Assembly: GCA_010909165.1 (NCBI GenBank) | Contig: MU008198.1 | Location: 62,001 to 126,000 of the forward strand | DNA from: Anthoceros angustus | Lineage: Eukaryota > Plantae > Anthocerotophyta | Length of the DNA: 64,000 bases | Reading direction: 5' to 3' | Part shown: piece by piece, positions 49,621 through 62,300 of the stretch | Numbering within the stretch: position 1 is the first letter of the stretch | How the letters are laid out: each line of letters opens with the position of its first letter | The notes under the pieces: model-generated | The model's database searches: none | Seen by the model: only the letters and a program-made list of their open reading frames with translations | Told to the model about the DNA's origin: nothing | Made by a program: the position numbers and the translations under genes

Positions 49621-52600
49621 AGAAAATATGGATGTGGATGCATATGGAGGATTTTTCAGCATGTCCCCGCGATTGTTCTCGCTTTAGGGTCGGCCCAAGC
49701 CAAGTCAGAATCGATGTACACCCTTGCTACTTTACTTTTTCTTTTAGTAAAAGATGGGTTATCATCAAAACCCATTCTAAATTAGTGTTGTAAACGATCG
49801 TGTCTAGTCGTAAAGGGACTTTGTAAACCATACAAGTGTGTAGTAAACTATTGGATGTTGTAAAATACCAGGTATGTTGTAAAAGAACCCATTGTAATGG
49901 AGAAAGTCTGAGTAAATTGATGGCCCGTAGTAAACAAACATGCCATCGTTGTAACGCTCCATAAACTCACAGCCAATGTGCCCGTAGTAAAATCCATTTT
50001 GTTTTGCCACGTCACCGTTGCGCTTTGGCAAAACAAGCCCGAGTAAAGTTGGAATGAGGTTAGTAAATTCTGTATTATACTTGAAAATAATACATGGACT
50101 TGAAACGGTGCCTTCAATTGATGTAGTAAAATGGGCGTACGTGGTAAATGCACCCTGTTGAAACACGGCAATTTTGGGCGAGGGCCAGTTCCGAAGGAAC
50201 GACATCCACTTTCAAGATCGCTGTCAACAAGCTGTTGCCATACTTAGACAAGTTTGTGGGAATGCGCCTCGCACATTACAAGAATCTAAGTCATGGATCG
50301 GCTGCACGGTGTCCCGCTGACAATAGTTTTCCCGCATGGGTGAGGTGGTGCGCACTTTAATTGGTGTGCTTTAGGTAGCGGTCATGTGGACCGCACTGGC
50401 CTTCAATCGCCTGTCACACCCAATGGGCAAGCATGCACATTGGCGATTTGAACCATGGATCGGTTTGTCCGCTGACCGCTGCATTGACAATAGTTGCCCG
50501 CTGCCTGCTTTCACCCCATCGCGCTTATTTTGTATACATTTGCTCAAACTTCAAAGGATAACAAGTTCATACTCGGACAAAGTTGCGTCGACCATCTGTG
50601 CACTGCCCAATCGAGGAGGGCCTACTATGTCTCTTGATCGTAGAAGGTCCTACCTAAACCCATGCAATTTTGTGCCGATTTGGAAACCAGCGCCTATCTA
50701 TGTCAAAATGCCTAGCACACTTTTCCATAAACCCTAAAAACACTGCAAACTTTTCCATCCCCACTACTATGCCACACCTCAATAATTAATCCCTACCATG
50801 CTAGGAGGCATGGTAATCGAAGACACAAGATGACATTCCCGCCTAATCCATCTCCACCGCTTCAAAGACTTTATTACACCGCATACCGACAAGTGCACGC
50901 GGTTCAAACTTAAAAGCAAACAACCGGCCAGCAACAATTGCTCAGCCTTTCTCGCCTGATGCTGACAAGCCCGCTATCTCGACACAACCGCCACCACTTG
51001 AGAAGCCTCTTCATTGAAGCAAAGAGTTGAGTAGCAAAACCAGTGCTCATACTGCTGTACATAAACGCATAGCATGTCCAACAGGAAAAGGTGATCCTAT
51101 GATTTCTTCACAACCCATAGCTCGCCAGCTTTGGGGCCAGGAAAAGCACATCCGTCATCACCCTCCCGGCCCGGTCCACATTGCCATGCGACGCTTGTCC
51201 CAAGGCGGCCTGTCCGCACGCCAACCTCATCTCGCCCAATTGTGTATCACGAATATCATCAAACCGCATATTGATATCCAGGCAAATGATGGCTCATCTG
51301 GTGGCTCATTGGCATGCATGTATTCGGCTCAAACACGTGCCCCTTTCCACACAAAGAACGCCAAACTTACTCCCCAAGAGATAGGAATGAAAAGCGGCCT
51401 ACAAGCGTCCCCACCTCCACCACTGCTGATAAATGCGAGAGGGTGATGGACCGATTTCCTCCAAGATGTCGACAATGTATCACCTGGGCCTTCGCAGATG
51501 GCATAGATACGGAGTGCCCAAGCGCATCGACATGCCACCCACCAATGGCGAATCCAACCGATTCGGACCATGTCCGAGAGGCCGGGCCGTAGTCGCCGAT
51601 TGCCACCGAAATGGAAAGTCTCGCTCAAACCACTCATCATGCTCGCCGCCAATTGAATCACCCATCGCCATGCCTCGGTGTCCATATTGCAGTGATGGAT
51701 GTCATCCCCGAAAGCGCTTTTACACCCACATGGAGCTCCATGTCCAAGTCCAGACTGGGATTGGGCGGGTCCGGTGTACACCCATTCCCGCACGGCACGC
51801 AATCGGCCTCTCATCCACCTCACCGATCCTCACCCACCAAGCCCTTTGACGCCACATTTTGTCCTTGACTCATCAAGCGGGTGCGCCGAGGACTTGCAAC
51901 GTGCCTCCCGATCCCATCGACACTATGTGGGATTTGTGCTCCTCACAACAGTTTCACTCCTATTGCTCGCCTGGACGCCATGGTGAGCAAGAGAGCCTGC
52001 CAAGAGAGGTATATGGCGAGTGCTCGTGTGAGATGGTGGCCTTGTTTTCAAGGAAGGCGGCATGGAGCGAAATCAATCGGATATAAGCGAGTGTGTTCCC
52101 ACCTCTAAGCGTAATGCCAAAGTATGCGGTTACAATGCACTTCCGCTCACAATGCGTTCCCGACCTGGACGTAATGCATCGACAAGAGGCTCTTTAACGC
52201 CGCAAGTTCGAGCTGGACAAGTATATCATCACCATGGTTCCGCCCATCGTGAATAGGCGATTCCTAGGCGCGATGCCCATGTCCGGGATTGCAAGTTACA
52301 GGGGAGACGCGGTTCGATCGTTGCCCTAAGACATGTCGACATCACACATACCTAACTCGGCGAATGTGTAAGGTGCTTTCACGCAAGGTTACAACCCATC
52401 CATTTCGGACGGGCTGCCACAACTTATGCTTGTCCTCCAGGGGCACCCATGGAGGTCGAGGTCATGGATCGTGAAGAGTTGCTACAAGGGATGCTGATGA
52501 CTCTGAGGAGGAGGAGGTACCATACCGCGCGTAGGGAGCAGAGGACCGTAATGCAACCCGAGCCGCCGTACGCATAATCCAGATGATGAAGAAGTAGTTC

Positions 52601-53189
52601 GCTAACGAGGATGACATGCTGGCTCATATCATTCCATCCCATCGCTGGCATGGTAGACATTGACGGGCTGAAGCCGAAGCTTTTGTTCAATAGTAGGGAC
52701 CAGATAAGTGGCCGAGAGCACACCTCTCGCGATTGTGGCTCTCTCAGTCCAAGAAAGCTTCAACTTGTTCGACAACAAGAATGTCAAGCTTCTTGTCATC
52801 CGCACACGCTTGCTTCCTTCTCCGAACACACTCGGCAAGATGCACAAAGGATTCTTCTCCATGTGGCACAATCAAGCTCGCTGGTTCTGATGTCCAAGGG
52901 ACCGCAGCATTTATCGGGAGAGCGCAGGATGCCACTGCTACCATTAGAGGCCTCAAACCGCCAGAACGGTTCAAGCCGGGCTGCAAAACGTTCCGCATTT
53001 CCCTTTGGTGGAACGGCTTCAGCGGATCTTCCGATGTCCGAGGCTTGCACACAACATGACATGGTGGTCTCTGCAATCGTAGCCCGGATAGAGAAGATGC
53101 GGATTTTAGCCGGCTGGCTGACCCCTGCGTGGAGAGCTTTGGATCGGTGGGGAACTTCGCCAAGAAGAGCTCTACTAGAAATGGAGCTA

Positions 53190-53445
53190 TGTTACACTCT
53201 CTATGTTAAGATTTGGACCCTCGGATGTAACACTCATGTTGCAATTTTGGGGTCATGTAATACTTTTTGGACCCTTGTTACACTTTTGCTTGGCTTGAAA
53301 CCATACTTACGGCCGTTGTTGCAATCAATGTTGCAATGGTGTTGCAATTATGTTAAGATGAAGTGAGGTGGTTTCGCCCTCTCTCAAAATTGCAACATGA
53401 TTGTAACATCTAAAGTGTTACAAGAGAGGTCTTGTAACACTTTTG
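53190..53445. repeat. Cluster of short tgtWaca / tgttgcaa motifs in both orientations (DNA-transposon subterminal repeat-like)
   Basis: About 11 copies, e.g. tgttacact, tgtaacact, tgttgcaat, attgcaaca, gtgttaca. Confidence 0.5.
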
Positions 53446-56400
53446 GAGGCTTGGTACCGAACCTCCTCCCCATCCACCATTGCCCTTTTATTTTGCCCTT
53501 TGAAATACCACGCTTTTACTTGTTACCACACAGCCTCTTCATCATGACCATATATAAAATACTGTGATTAATACATCCTTGTACTATATGTGATGTAGTC
53601 TACTAGGATAAATGTAATTTATATTATTCTAAGTGCTATATCATGATTCAATTTCATATAAAATAAGTTTGTATTGCCATATACGTAGACAATGGTCCAG
53701 ACATATTCATGGTACGACATTTGTATTTACTATACGTGTAAACAGACGCCCTTTATACCCCTACTTTATCGCATGCCGTCATTATGGTTTGTCCTTCCCA
53801 CGCCATTAACAATAGCCATCGGCTTCCGCCATGGCGCCAAGAAGATATTGTCCCCAATTTATCACCTTATCGTGACGCATCACTATGAGGTTAGCTTCCT
53901 ACAAGATTGTGCATGGAGGAGATTTGGTATGCGCCGGGCTTATGCTTTTCAGCCTCCATGTAAGGCACTTCCTACTCGTCATCGTATGCACCTATGTGAA
54001 ACTTCCGCCTCCCGCTCGATTCGCACTCTTCTTCCCCTCCCACTGCTAATGAGGCAAGCTTTGCCACTTCCTCCGCTTCCTCCTCGCCTCGTAGCACATT
54101 GTACACATTACAAACCAGCATGGCCGGCCATGAGTTATCCAAATACATTGGGTTTCCATGAAGTCATCCATTTGCCTTACCTTCCCCTCCATCTCCTCCT
54201 CTTTCCGCCCTTCATTGACATTTTCCTCTTCCGTCCTCCTTCCACTGCCGTACCCTCATGCCCTTGTCACTCTGCCCACCGCTGCCACCTCCTACTCCTC
54301 CTCCTCCTCTCTTCTCGGCCTCCACCCTTTATCATGTGGCTTGCCTCCGGGCTCCACTATGTGTGTCCATGCTCTCAGATCCGAGGCCGCAAGGTATGTG
54401 TCTGCACGAAATTAGGCACATCGTCCTCTTCAAAGACATGCCTCCTCCTCGGCCGCGTCCATGTTCTCTCGCAGCGCCCCCACGCCCCTGCCCCTGCCTC
54501 CATCTCTGCATTGCCTTTGTCATATCAACTCGCGCACTACATGTTGCCCTCTTAGTCCTCCTTCATTCTCTCCCCCGACATCCGCCTCATGTTCGCTCAC
54601 GCCTCTTTTGCCCCGCCCACCATGGCCGCCGGTGATCCACTCATCCTCCGCCACCCGGCCTCCTCCTAGTCCCCTGGGCGCGATTTCTTTGCCGACGGCC
54701 AGCCAAAGGCATACAATCCCCAAAGGTGGTCGTTGTAGGAAGGAGTCCGCTCCAAGGGAATGGTCTCGTGCTTATTCTGCCGAGCCTGAACGTACCTATC
54801 GAACGGACACTTCATCGAGGTTGGCCGGCTCCACAACCCTAAGTGTGTGGCCTCCACAACTCGTTCCAGTGCTGTAGCCGCACCTGGACCTTCCCACAAC
54901 CCCCGCCTTTCTCCCTGCATTACGAATAGTATCAGTTTAACGCTGCCCTTCTGCCGGGCCCACGACTCAGCGCCTTCAGCCCTCAACCGTCCTACCAACT
55001 CCACCTCAACACACACGCCAGAACACCACCCTTCCTCCTTATCCATTCCTAGTAGTCACAACACCAACACCGATGTATTCATACCTGAAGCCGCTTTTGC
55101 TCTTCCTACCGCTTTCACGCTCAAGGAGAAGTAGCTTTTGGCACTACAACCCCACAGCCCACCCGCTCCAAGAAATTTCCAAGGATGGCTTAGCCCACTT
55201 TTCCGTCACCAACAGGAGTCACGCCCCAGCGCTCTCCTAATCCTCCTGGGCGCCTACCGGCTTCACGCTCATGGAGTAGTCCCTTGTACCACCGCATCCC
55301 CCATGCCTCCGCTCCTGCCAGCCTCCAAGGATGGCTTCCGCCCAGCAGTCGCCCCCAAGCGCCTCCTAATCCTCCTACCGCCTATACTGCTTACGCGAGA
55401 GAAGGCAGCACGACTTGCACCGCATCCCCACAAAGCGTTGCCGGCACTCTCCAAGGTTAGTCTCGCACCCGAGAAATCACCATGAGCACCTCCTCGAGCT
55501 CAGTCCGCCCCAGTGCGCACCCGCATCAAGCGTGTTGAAGCTGGAGCTCGTCACTCGTGAGCTCTAAACACATCCCCTACCACTCCAATTGATCCTCGCA
55601 CGGTGACGCAGAACTCACTCCGCCTCCTCGAGCACCCAAGGCAAGAGCACACGGGTAGGCCGAAGATGGTACCTGGATAGTCTCACTGCCTTGGACGCCA
55701 GTTTCCTATATACCCCCATTACCCTAACTTCTAACTACGGCCTATGTATGTATATAACCAACCTCGCTAGTGTATGTACCTAACCACGGTCGCGGGTAAC
55801 CACGGACGTAGCTCATCATGCGCCCTACGACTTCTTGCACCAACCGCTTCCCCCGCCAAACAAGAGCTTGATCCATGCCAGTGCGATGCCCACCAAGCTA
55901 AACCACCCGCCGCATTCACTCAGCCGTGACCGCCCGGACGACCACTGTTTGACGCCCGCCCGGACGACCTCTCAGAGCCGACTCGCCCGACTTTATCACC
56001 TGATCGGACCTCGCCGGAGCTATTTGACCACTGGCCGACGGACAGCCCGCAGACAGACCACCCGGGTCCATTGGACCTCGCCCGAGACGTACCACCCGCG
56101 AGACCTGTGACCTCGCCTCGACGGATTTGACCACTCCATCCTGACCTCGCCGCCGGACCGCCTGACCACCCGCCGTCGGACCTCGCCCGGACGGACCACC
56201 CGCCCTCCAGCGGACCGGTCTAGGGATTGCTGCTTGTAGAGTCTGATCCAGCGCCGAAATGGCCTTATTGGCCACAACTCCTCCCTATCCTCTTACTTGA
56301 TGCTGACTCAAAAAAAGGCAAAACAAAGCTTATGGAAAATACGGACGCCGGTTGGCACTCCACATCCCAGCATTTTTGGTACATCCATAGTACACACAAG

Positions 56401-58397
56401 TGTGTTTCTTCTCGTGGTAACCCAGTTCTGGGCCATTTGCTTCCCTCCAGAGTGCTCCACCACCCAGGCTCTGCCTCCACACACCTTGTTCACCACTTTT
56501 CTATCAGTGATCGTCCACTCTGCCATCCCCGATCCCAACTGACCTCCACCCTCCCATACATGAAATCTGCCTGGCGGTCCTCGGGAACACCTCCACCTTT
56601 TTTTCCATTATTTGCTTGCTGCTTGCCCACCCCGACACTGACCCTCGTTGCCTGCCTCATTGACCCCGATCCTGTGGCATGCGACTACATGGCAGCAACC
56701 CTAGGCAATCGTGGTGTCGCTGGGCACCATATCGTCCACCACTTGTCACTGCAGTTACCCTGCCTCCGGCGCCTCCCTCCTGCATGCTTCCTCAAGGCTG
56801 CGCTCGCCCGTCCTCCACTTCCCCGCTCGCATTAAGCCGTCGCCGCTTTTCCCCCATTCAAGTCCCGTTGTCCCTCGCCTCCCTCGGCCTCCTTCACCTC
56901 CCAAGCCCCCCTTCCAGCGCCATCTGCATTCTTGACTGGCAGCCTCTGTTAGTCCATGTCACCACCTGGGTACCTTGTGGAGACCACATGCTCTGTAACC
57001 CCTCTACGAGTGTCGGGATGAGCAGTATTTTTTTGTTTTGAGTGCTTTGTATTAGCAAAGTGCTTTGAGAATCCTTTGGGTAGTTAACACTCACGAGAAT
57101 GGTCCTTGGCCTTGGGATAATAATTTAGTTTTTTTTTGAACCTTAGGTTTTCGGACCGGATAGGTAGGAGTCGGAGATAGAAATCAGCAGGTTTTGGTGA
57201 TTTTAGAAATAAGAAAGTGTACATATATGTTAGTGGTGCCTACCCACCACATACGGTGGTGTGATCAAAGCCTGCCGGGAGGTAGCCAGCCCGATTCACT
57301 TGCTTGATGGTAGAAGCAGGGGCGTCTGGACGACACTGTGGGAGTTTATAACCCTAGCCTGGCTGAGGCTGGCCATGTTGCGAGCGCAGTCAGAGACCTG
57401 GCGAGGCTGGAGACCCAAGACCGCCCAGCACGGTTGCGAAATTCAGGCCAGTGGCGTCAGGCGGGCTGCAGCAAAATTTGCCGGGCGCGCGATGCAACCG
57501 CGTCTGTGGCGCTTTGGCGGAGCCTGTCAGCTGGCTGCAAGGCCTGACCCGCGCTGGCTGGGCCAGCGTCGATCGAGCGGCGGTGGCGGAAAGAAGGTTC
57601 AACCCGGTGACAAGTAGCGAGGAGGAGGAAGAGGCATGGCCGAAGCAGGCGCCAGCCGCTATGACAGTGGGCCCGAGGCAGCGGTGGTGTTGTACCACGA
57701 CCGGCGTTGCGTGGAGTGTTGGGTTCTTTCTGAAGAAACAAGGAGAAGAGAGATGGCGCTGACTCTGCGGTAAAATTTCCAGCGAAATGCGGTGGGCGGC
57801 GTGGGCCAGGCAGGTGAAGCGGGCGACGCTGAGAGTGCGGGGTCGGGTCCGGAACTTGTACGGAATGAAATGGTGTTGACGATGTACGGCAAAGATTGGT
57901 GCGATGCGCGGCAAGAATTGAGAACCACTGCAAGTTGCAAGAGGGAGGCGAGGAAGAGGTCATGGCAGGATTTGGGACTCTTTCTCGAGAGAGGTGTATG
58001 GGCGAGGCACTGTGGGAGGATGGAAGCTTCGGTAATTGGACCCTGAGAAAGAAGACCACGAGGAGGCAATGCAGTAATTTCTAGCTCATGGAAGCACAGG
58101 AGTGAGGAGTGTGAGCGATGGATGGGTGACTAATGGAAACTGCAAATTAATACTTTGGTGGGATTAGCCAAGTGGATTTTGTGTTTTCGCCGCGAGGAAG
58201 CTCGGAGTTGGATCGGCATAGTGCACCGGCCGCAATTAACTTTTCTTCGTGACGGGTGGTTAAAGGTACTCTCAGCGAATCGATTGAGGCGGTGATCTTT
58301 GAAAGAGCCCATGTGAGGGAGAGGCGAATTTGCTCACATCCTCGACCCTGTGATTTTAACCTTTTCTAATTCATTGTGTTCGGCGCATTCCTAAAGG

Positions 58398-59155
58398 TGT
58401 GTCGCGAGGTAAGCACTTGGTTCGTACATAAGCACTTCCCACCAACAACCAAGCAACAAATCTAATACGTTGTATATAGGTGCAAACATATGGTTAGTGG
58501 CCTTAAACAACAGAGGGAGTAGCTCGCATCGCGCACAAACACACTCTCCCACGAGAACAACACGCAAATTCCTCACATCGCCTCCTGAGTCATGTTTTGG
58601 CCTCCCTCACAACGCTCAGACAGATATCTACATGCTGATCCGAAATTGCTTCTCAATGGAAGGGTCTATATATACTAGACCGGCATCGGCATATTCCTAA
58701 GATATCCTATCGCATCAAAGATGCCGTAAAATATCCCAAGAATACACTATAATATGCAAGGAATGCCAAGCATATTACTTGAGCTTATCCACTTAGCTAT
58801 TGTATCCTAAGAATACACTATAATATGCAAGGAATATGCCAAGCATATTACTTGAGCTTATCCACTTAGCTATTGCTAACCATGTTTAATTAACACTAAT
58901 CAATGCTTAATTAACATAAGCACATTAGATTAATTAACACTAATCAATGCTTAATTAATAAGCACTTTAGATTAATTAACACTACTTACTTAAAGATAAG
59001 TAATTAGATTAATTAATGCTAATCAAACACTAAACCCAAGTGGATTAGTATCACACTAAGATGAGCCGCAGGTAAGCACTTGAATTCATGTATAAGCACT
59101 TCGACCAACAACCAAGCAAACAAATCTAATACGCAGATATATAGGTGCAACCAAT
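58398..59155 (-). mobile_element. Inverted partial copy of the 30.2-31.3 kb LTR-like repeat, preceded by a second copy of its 3' end
   Basis: 58400-59057 is the reverse complement of 30602-31303 (diverged). 59065-59155 repeats the terminal ~90 bp. Confidence 0.8.
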
Positions 59156-59339
59156 CCCCTCGATAATGTGAGACTCTAAGTCAAAACATTATCATTAGTA
59201 GGACTACACACGACGCACCTCATTGTGCACAAAACCAATCTCTGGAATGTCGCCGAGGTTATGAACCTTGTCCATGAGTGGAGGCTTGTCTTGATCCTTA
59301 TGGGCACATGTGGACTACTCTCCCCACGGCTGCTGCCAT

Positions 59340-62300
59340 TTTCTTCTTGCCTTATCGAGCTGCCTCCCCGCAACACCGGTTCATTCTTGATTAGTTCTAT
59401 GTGGAACTTCCCTTTGGTGTACTTCCCCATCTCCGCAAGCGTGAAAGCAAACACATGTCGCGATGCCTCCAACAACTCCTTTAGCCGACGCTGCTGATTG
59501 CTCTTCAACTCGACGCTTAACCACTCATGTGGCGTGGCTCGATGGCTTGCACGCTTCCACGTGCTCGCCTCCTTGCCCTCCAAACTCGCCTTCTCCTGAG
59601 ATGCGAGGAATGTCCTTCACCCACCGAACCCGCCGCTTCAACCCCGCCTTCTTGGTTTCGTTGGTAAGCGACCCAGCTAAACAACCAGTCATCATGTTCA
59701 CGTCAAATGCTTGCCCAAGCAATCGACACCGCTCCTTCCTGGCCACTCCTGGTGTCTCGTGGCTCATCAAATCCCCATGGCCAACTCCTCTCGTGGGCTG
59801 TTGGCTCCCAAGGCCTCGCCATGTCTCCCACAACGGGGCCATGGTTCCAAGGCGTAAGACTTGGACTTAGACACAAAGGTTGGCCAAGCCGCCATGGGGT
59901 GTCCAGCGTGTTCACAGGAAGTGCGGCAGCTTGTCGGGCCTTTGATGACTTGTTGGGCATGCCTTCCCGATGCTAGCACATCCTTGACAACATGATTAGG
60001 TCGCTTGGTGAACGACCAAGACACTTCAAATGTTCCAAGGAGCAAGGTTAGTCCACATGGACCTCAACCTATGAGCCCTCGAACCAAATTGAGCGCATCC
60101 AATAGAAGCTCGACCCAACACTCGGATCGTGGCAAAGTCCTCCCGAACTTGCTTCTTCACGCTCATGCATGGCACATTCTCCAACATGTATCCACAAGGC
60201 CTTTCTTGCCCTTTCTGGATCAAGCGCAAGATCCTCATCAGTCATAGAACAATGCTCGTGGGATCCTTCAGACCTTGACCCTTGCTGCAGAGGATAGTCC
60301 TTGACACTCCCAACTGCGATGACAAGGTCCACGGTTGCCCAAGACAACTCAAATGGGACAACCCTATCATGCGAACATCCATCGGCAGCGCCTTCCGGTA
60401 ACCCTTCACCGACTCCCACGCCGAGGTTAGGTACTCCCCATCAAGTCTCTTACGCGCTCGCGTGACACAATCCTTGCTTTTGGATCCGGGTCACAATGCA
60501 CGATCTTCGCACTTTGATGCCACACTTTAGCACCGCCCAAGCCGTGCCGATGCCTCCAAAGAGTTCCACGAGCACTATGCCGTTCCCGAGGTCGCCATGT
60601 GATGACCGGTGTTTAGGTCACAAAGCTCAACCCTAGGCAAGAACTTAGAGCTCCTCATAGGACCGGTCCTCTTGCACCATCCTCCACAGCCTTTTGCACG
60701 GCTCATTGCAGCCACCAGCTCCCGAGTGACTTGAAGAACCTCCTCCGAGGGTGGTTGCAACCCTAGCTTGTTTCCTCCTCCTCGAAATCCTCCATCGTCG
60801 GGCCATGGTTGTTAGACACACGCCAAGAGGTTCAAGCACGTATGGCGTGTCCTTCACTACACGCCAAACACCGGGTAGACTGGCAATGAGGTTCTCATGA
60901 TCCTTGCCATGCAGAGAGGGATGCGGGCAATCTCATCGGTTTTGCTCCTTTCTCCACCGTCGATAGTAGACTGCTCCGTCCACAAATCCACCATGACTCT
61001 GTGTTTGTACAAAGCGTCCGCTCCCAAAGAAGACATCAAAAGTGTCGTGACCCAAGTACCTCGACAAAGGTGAAGTCTGCTCTTGGTTTGAATGAAACCT
61101 TCAGCTTGTACCTTGTCACCCCAACACATGCTCCGGTCCCATGCCCGGATCTTCCACTTGGTTTCCTTCAACCTTTCTTGGTGGAGACCCAACGCTTCCT
61201 TCACTCTTCTTCCAACGATCACCGTGCTGTCAATCAACACCTCCTTGGTGCGAATCCATTGATTTCAATGTGCCTCCCGATTGTTGACCAAAGCCACTCC
61301 CACTGCAAAGATTCCGCTTCCACGAGATGCTTGGTTCGAGGTCGAATGACATCATTGCCACCGTCAGGCACATCGACACTTGCTTCCTTCAAGGGTTGTC
61401 AACATCCGCCGAGTCAAACCCCCGACTTCCTTCACGCTCAACCCCATGTCTTGTAGGTCAAACATGGCATCTCCAAGCTTTTGTGCCATCGTCTCCGAAT
61501 CTGTGCATGGGTTTCTCCACATCGCCACTACTGGACTTTGATGTTGCTCCCACGCTGTTCCTGGCAATGGCTCAAACGACTTTGGCATCTTGGCATAGGT
61601 TCTGGAAGAGGATCCCAAGCTTCCTTCCGTGTCTTCCAGTGTCAAGACATCCTCTTCCTTCCTCGAGCTATCTTCTCGTAGCGGAGGTTTCTTCCTGCCC
61701 TTGGATCTGGTCACCGCCATGTATCCAAGCTTGTGCTCATCTTCTTCGCCCTCGATGATGAACCGCTCTCCTTGATCTTCGCCTTCCGCACCAACTTCTC
61801 CAGCTTTGCAAGGCGTGCCACGAGCCGCCCATCGCCTTCTTTGATGCTTCCCGCTTTCTTTTGTCCACGGGACTCGTGCCTCCTCCACGCGCCTTTGCTC
61901 CGATTTTGTGGATGAGGTTGACGGATGCATTGGCCGGGTTGCTCGACAACCCGTAGGCCGCAATTCCGGATGCTTCTCCCAACATGCCGCTTCATTGTGC
62001 CCTGCACCTCCCACACCTAGGGCATGGCTCCTCACCCTTGACTCCTCCGAATGCATGCTCGCACTCATGAGGGAATGGTCCGCCCTCGGCACCTCACGCA
62101 GGGCTCGCCACTTGGGTGGGTGGCTTGTCTCGCCGAGCTCCTCCACTCGACCTCCGCGTGTCTCCCACCACTCCTACTTGTGGAGTAATCACTTGCAACA
62201 AAGACGAGAAAGTGTCGGCCCTATCTTGTCACCATCTCGTACACTTCCTTGAGGGTGTGTTGCCCTTCGCTTGCACCGCTTGTTGCACCTTCATGCGCAG

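Noticed and set aside
53692-54877. 287-aa ORF and neighbours as genes
   Set aside because: Pyrimidine-rich low-complexity sequence; no domain or splice structure recognised.
59670-60595. Methyltransferase as a bacterial restriction-modification contaminant or host DRM/CMT gene
   Set aside because: It is intronless, sits between protease and pre-RT sequence in the same orientation, has linear motif order I-X (not DRM-permuted), no chromodomain insertion and no endonuclease partner.
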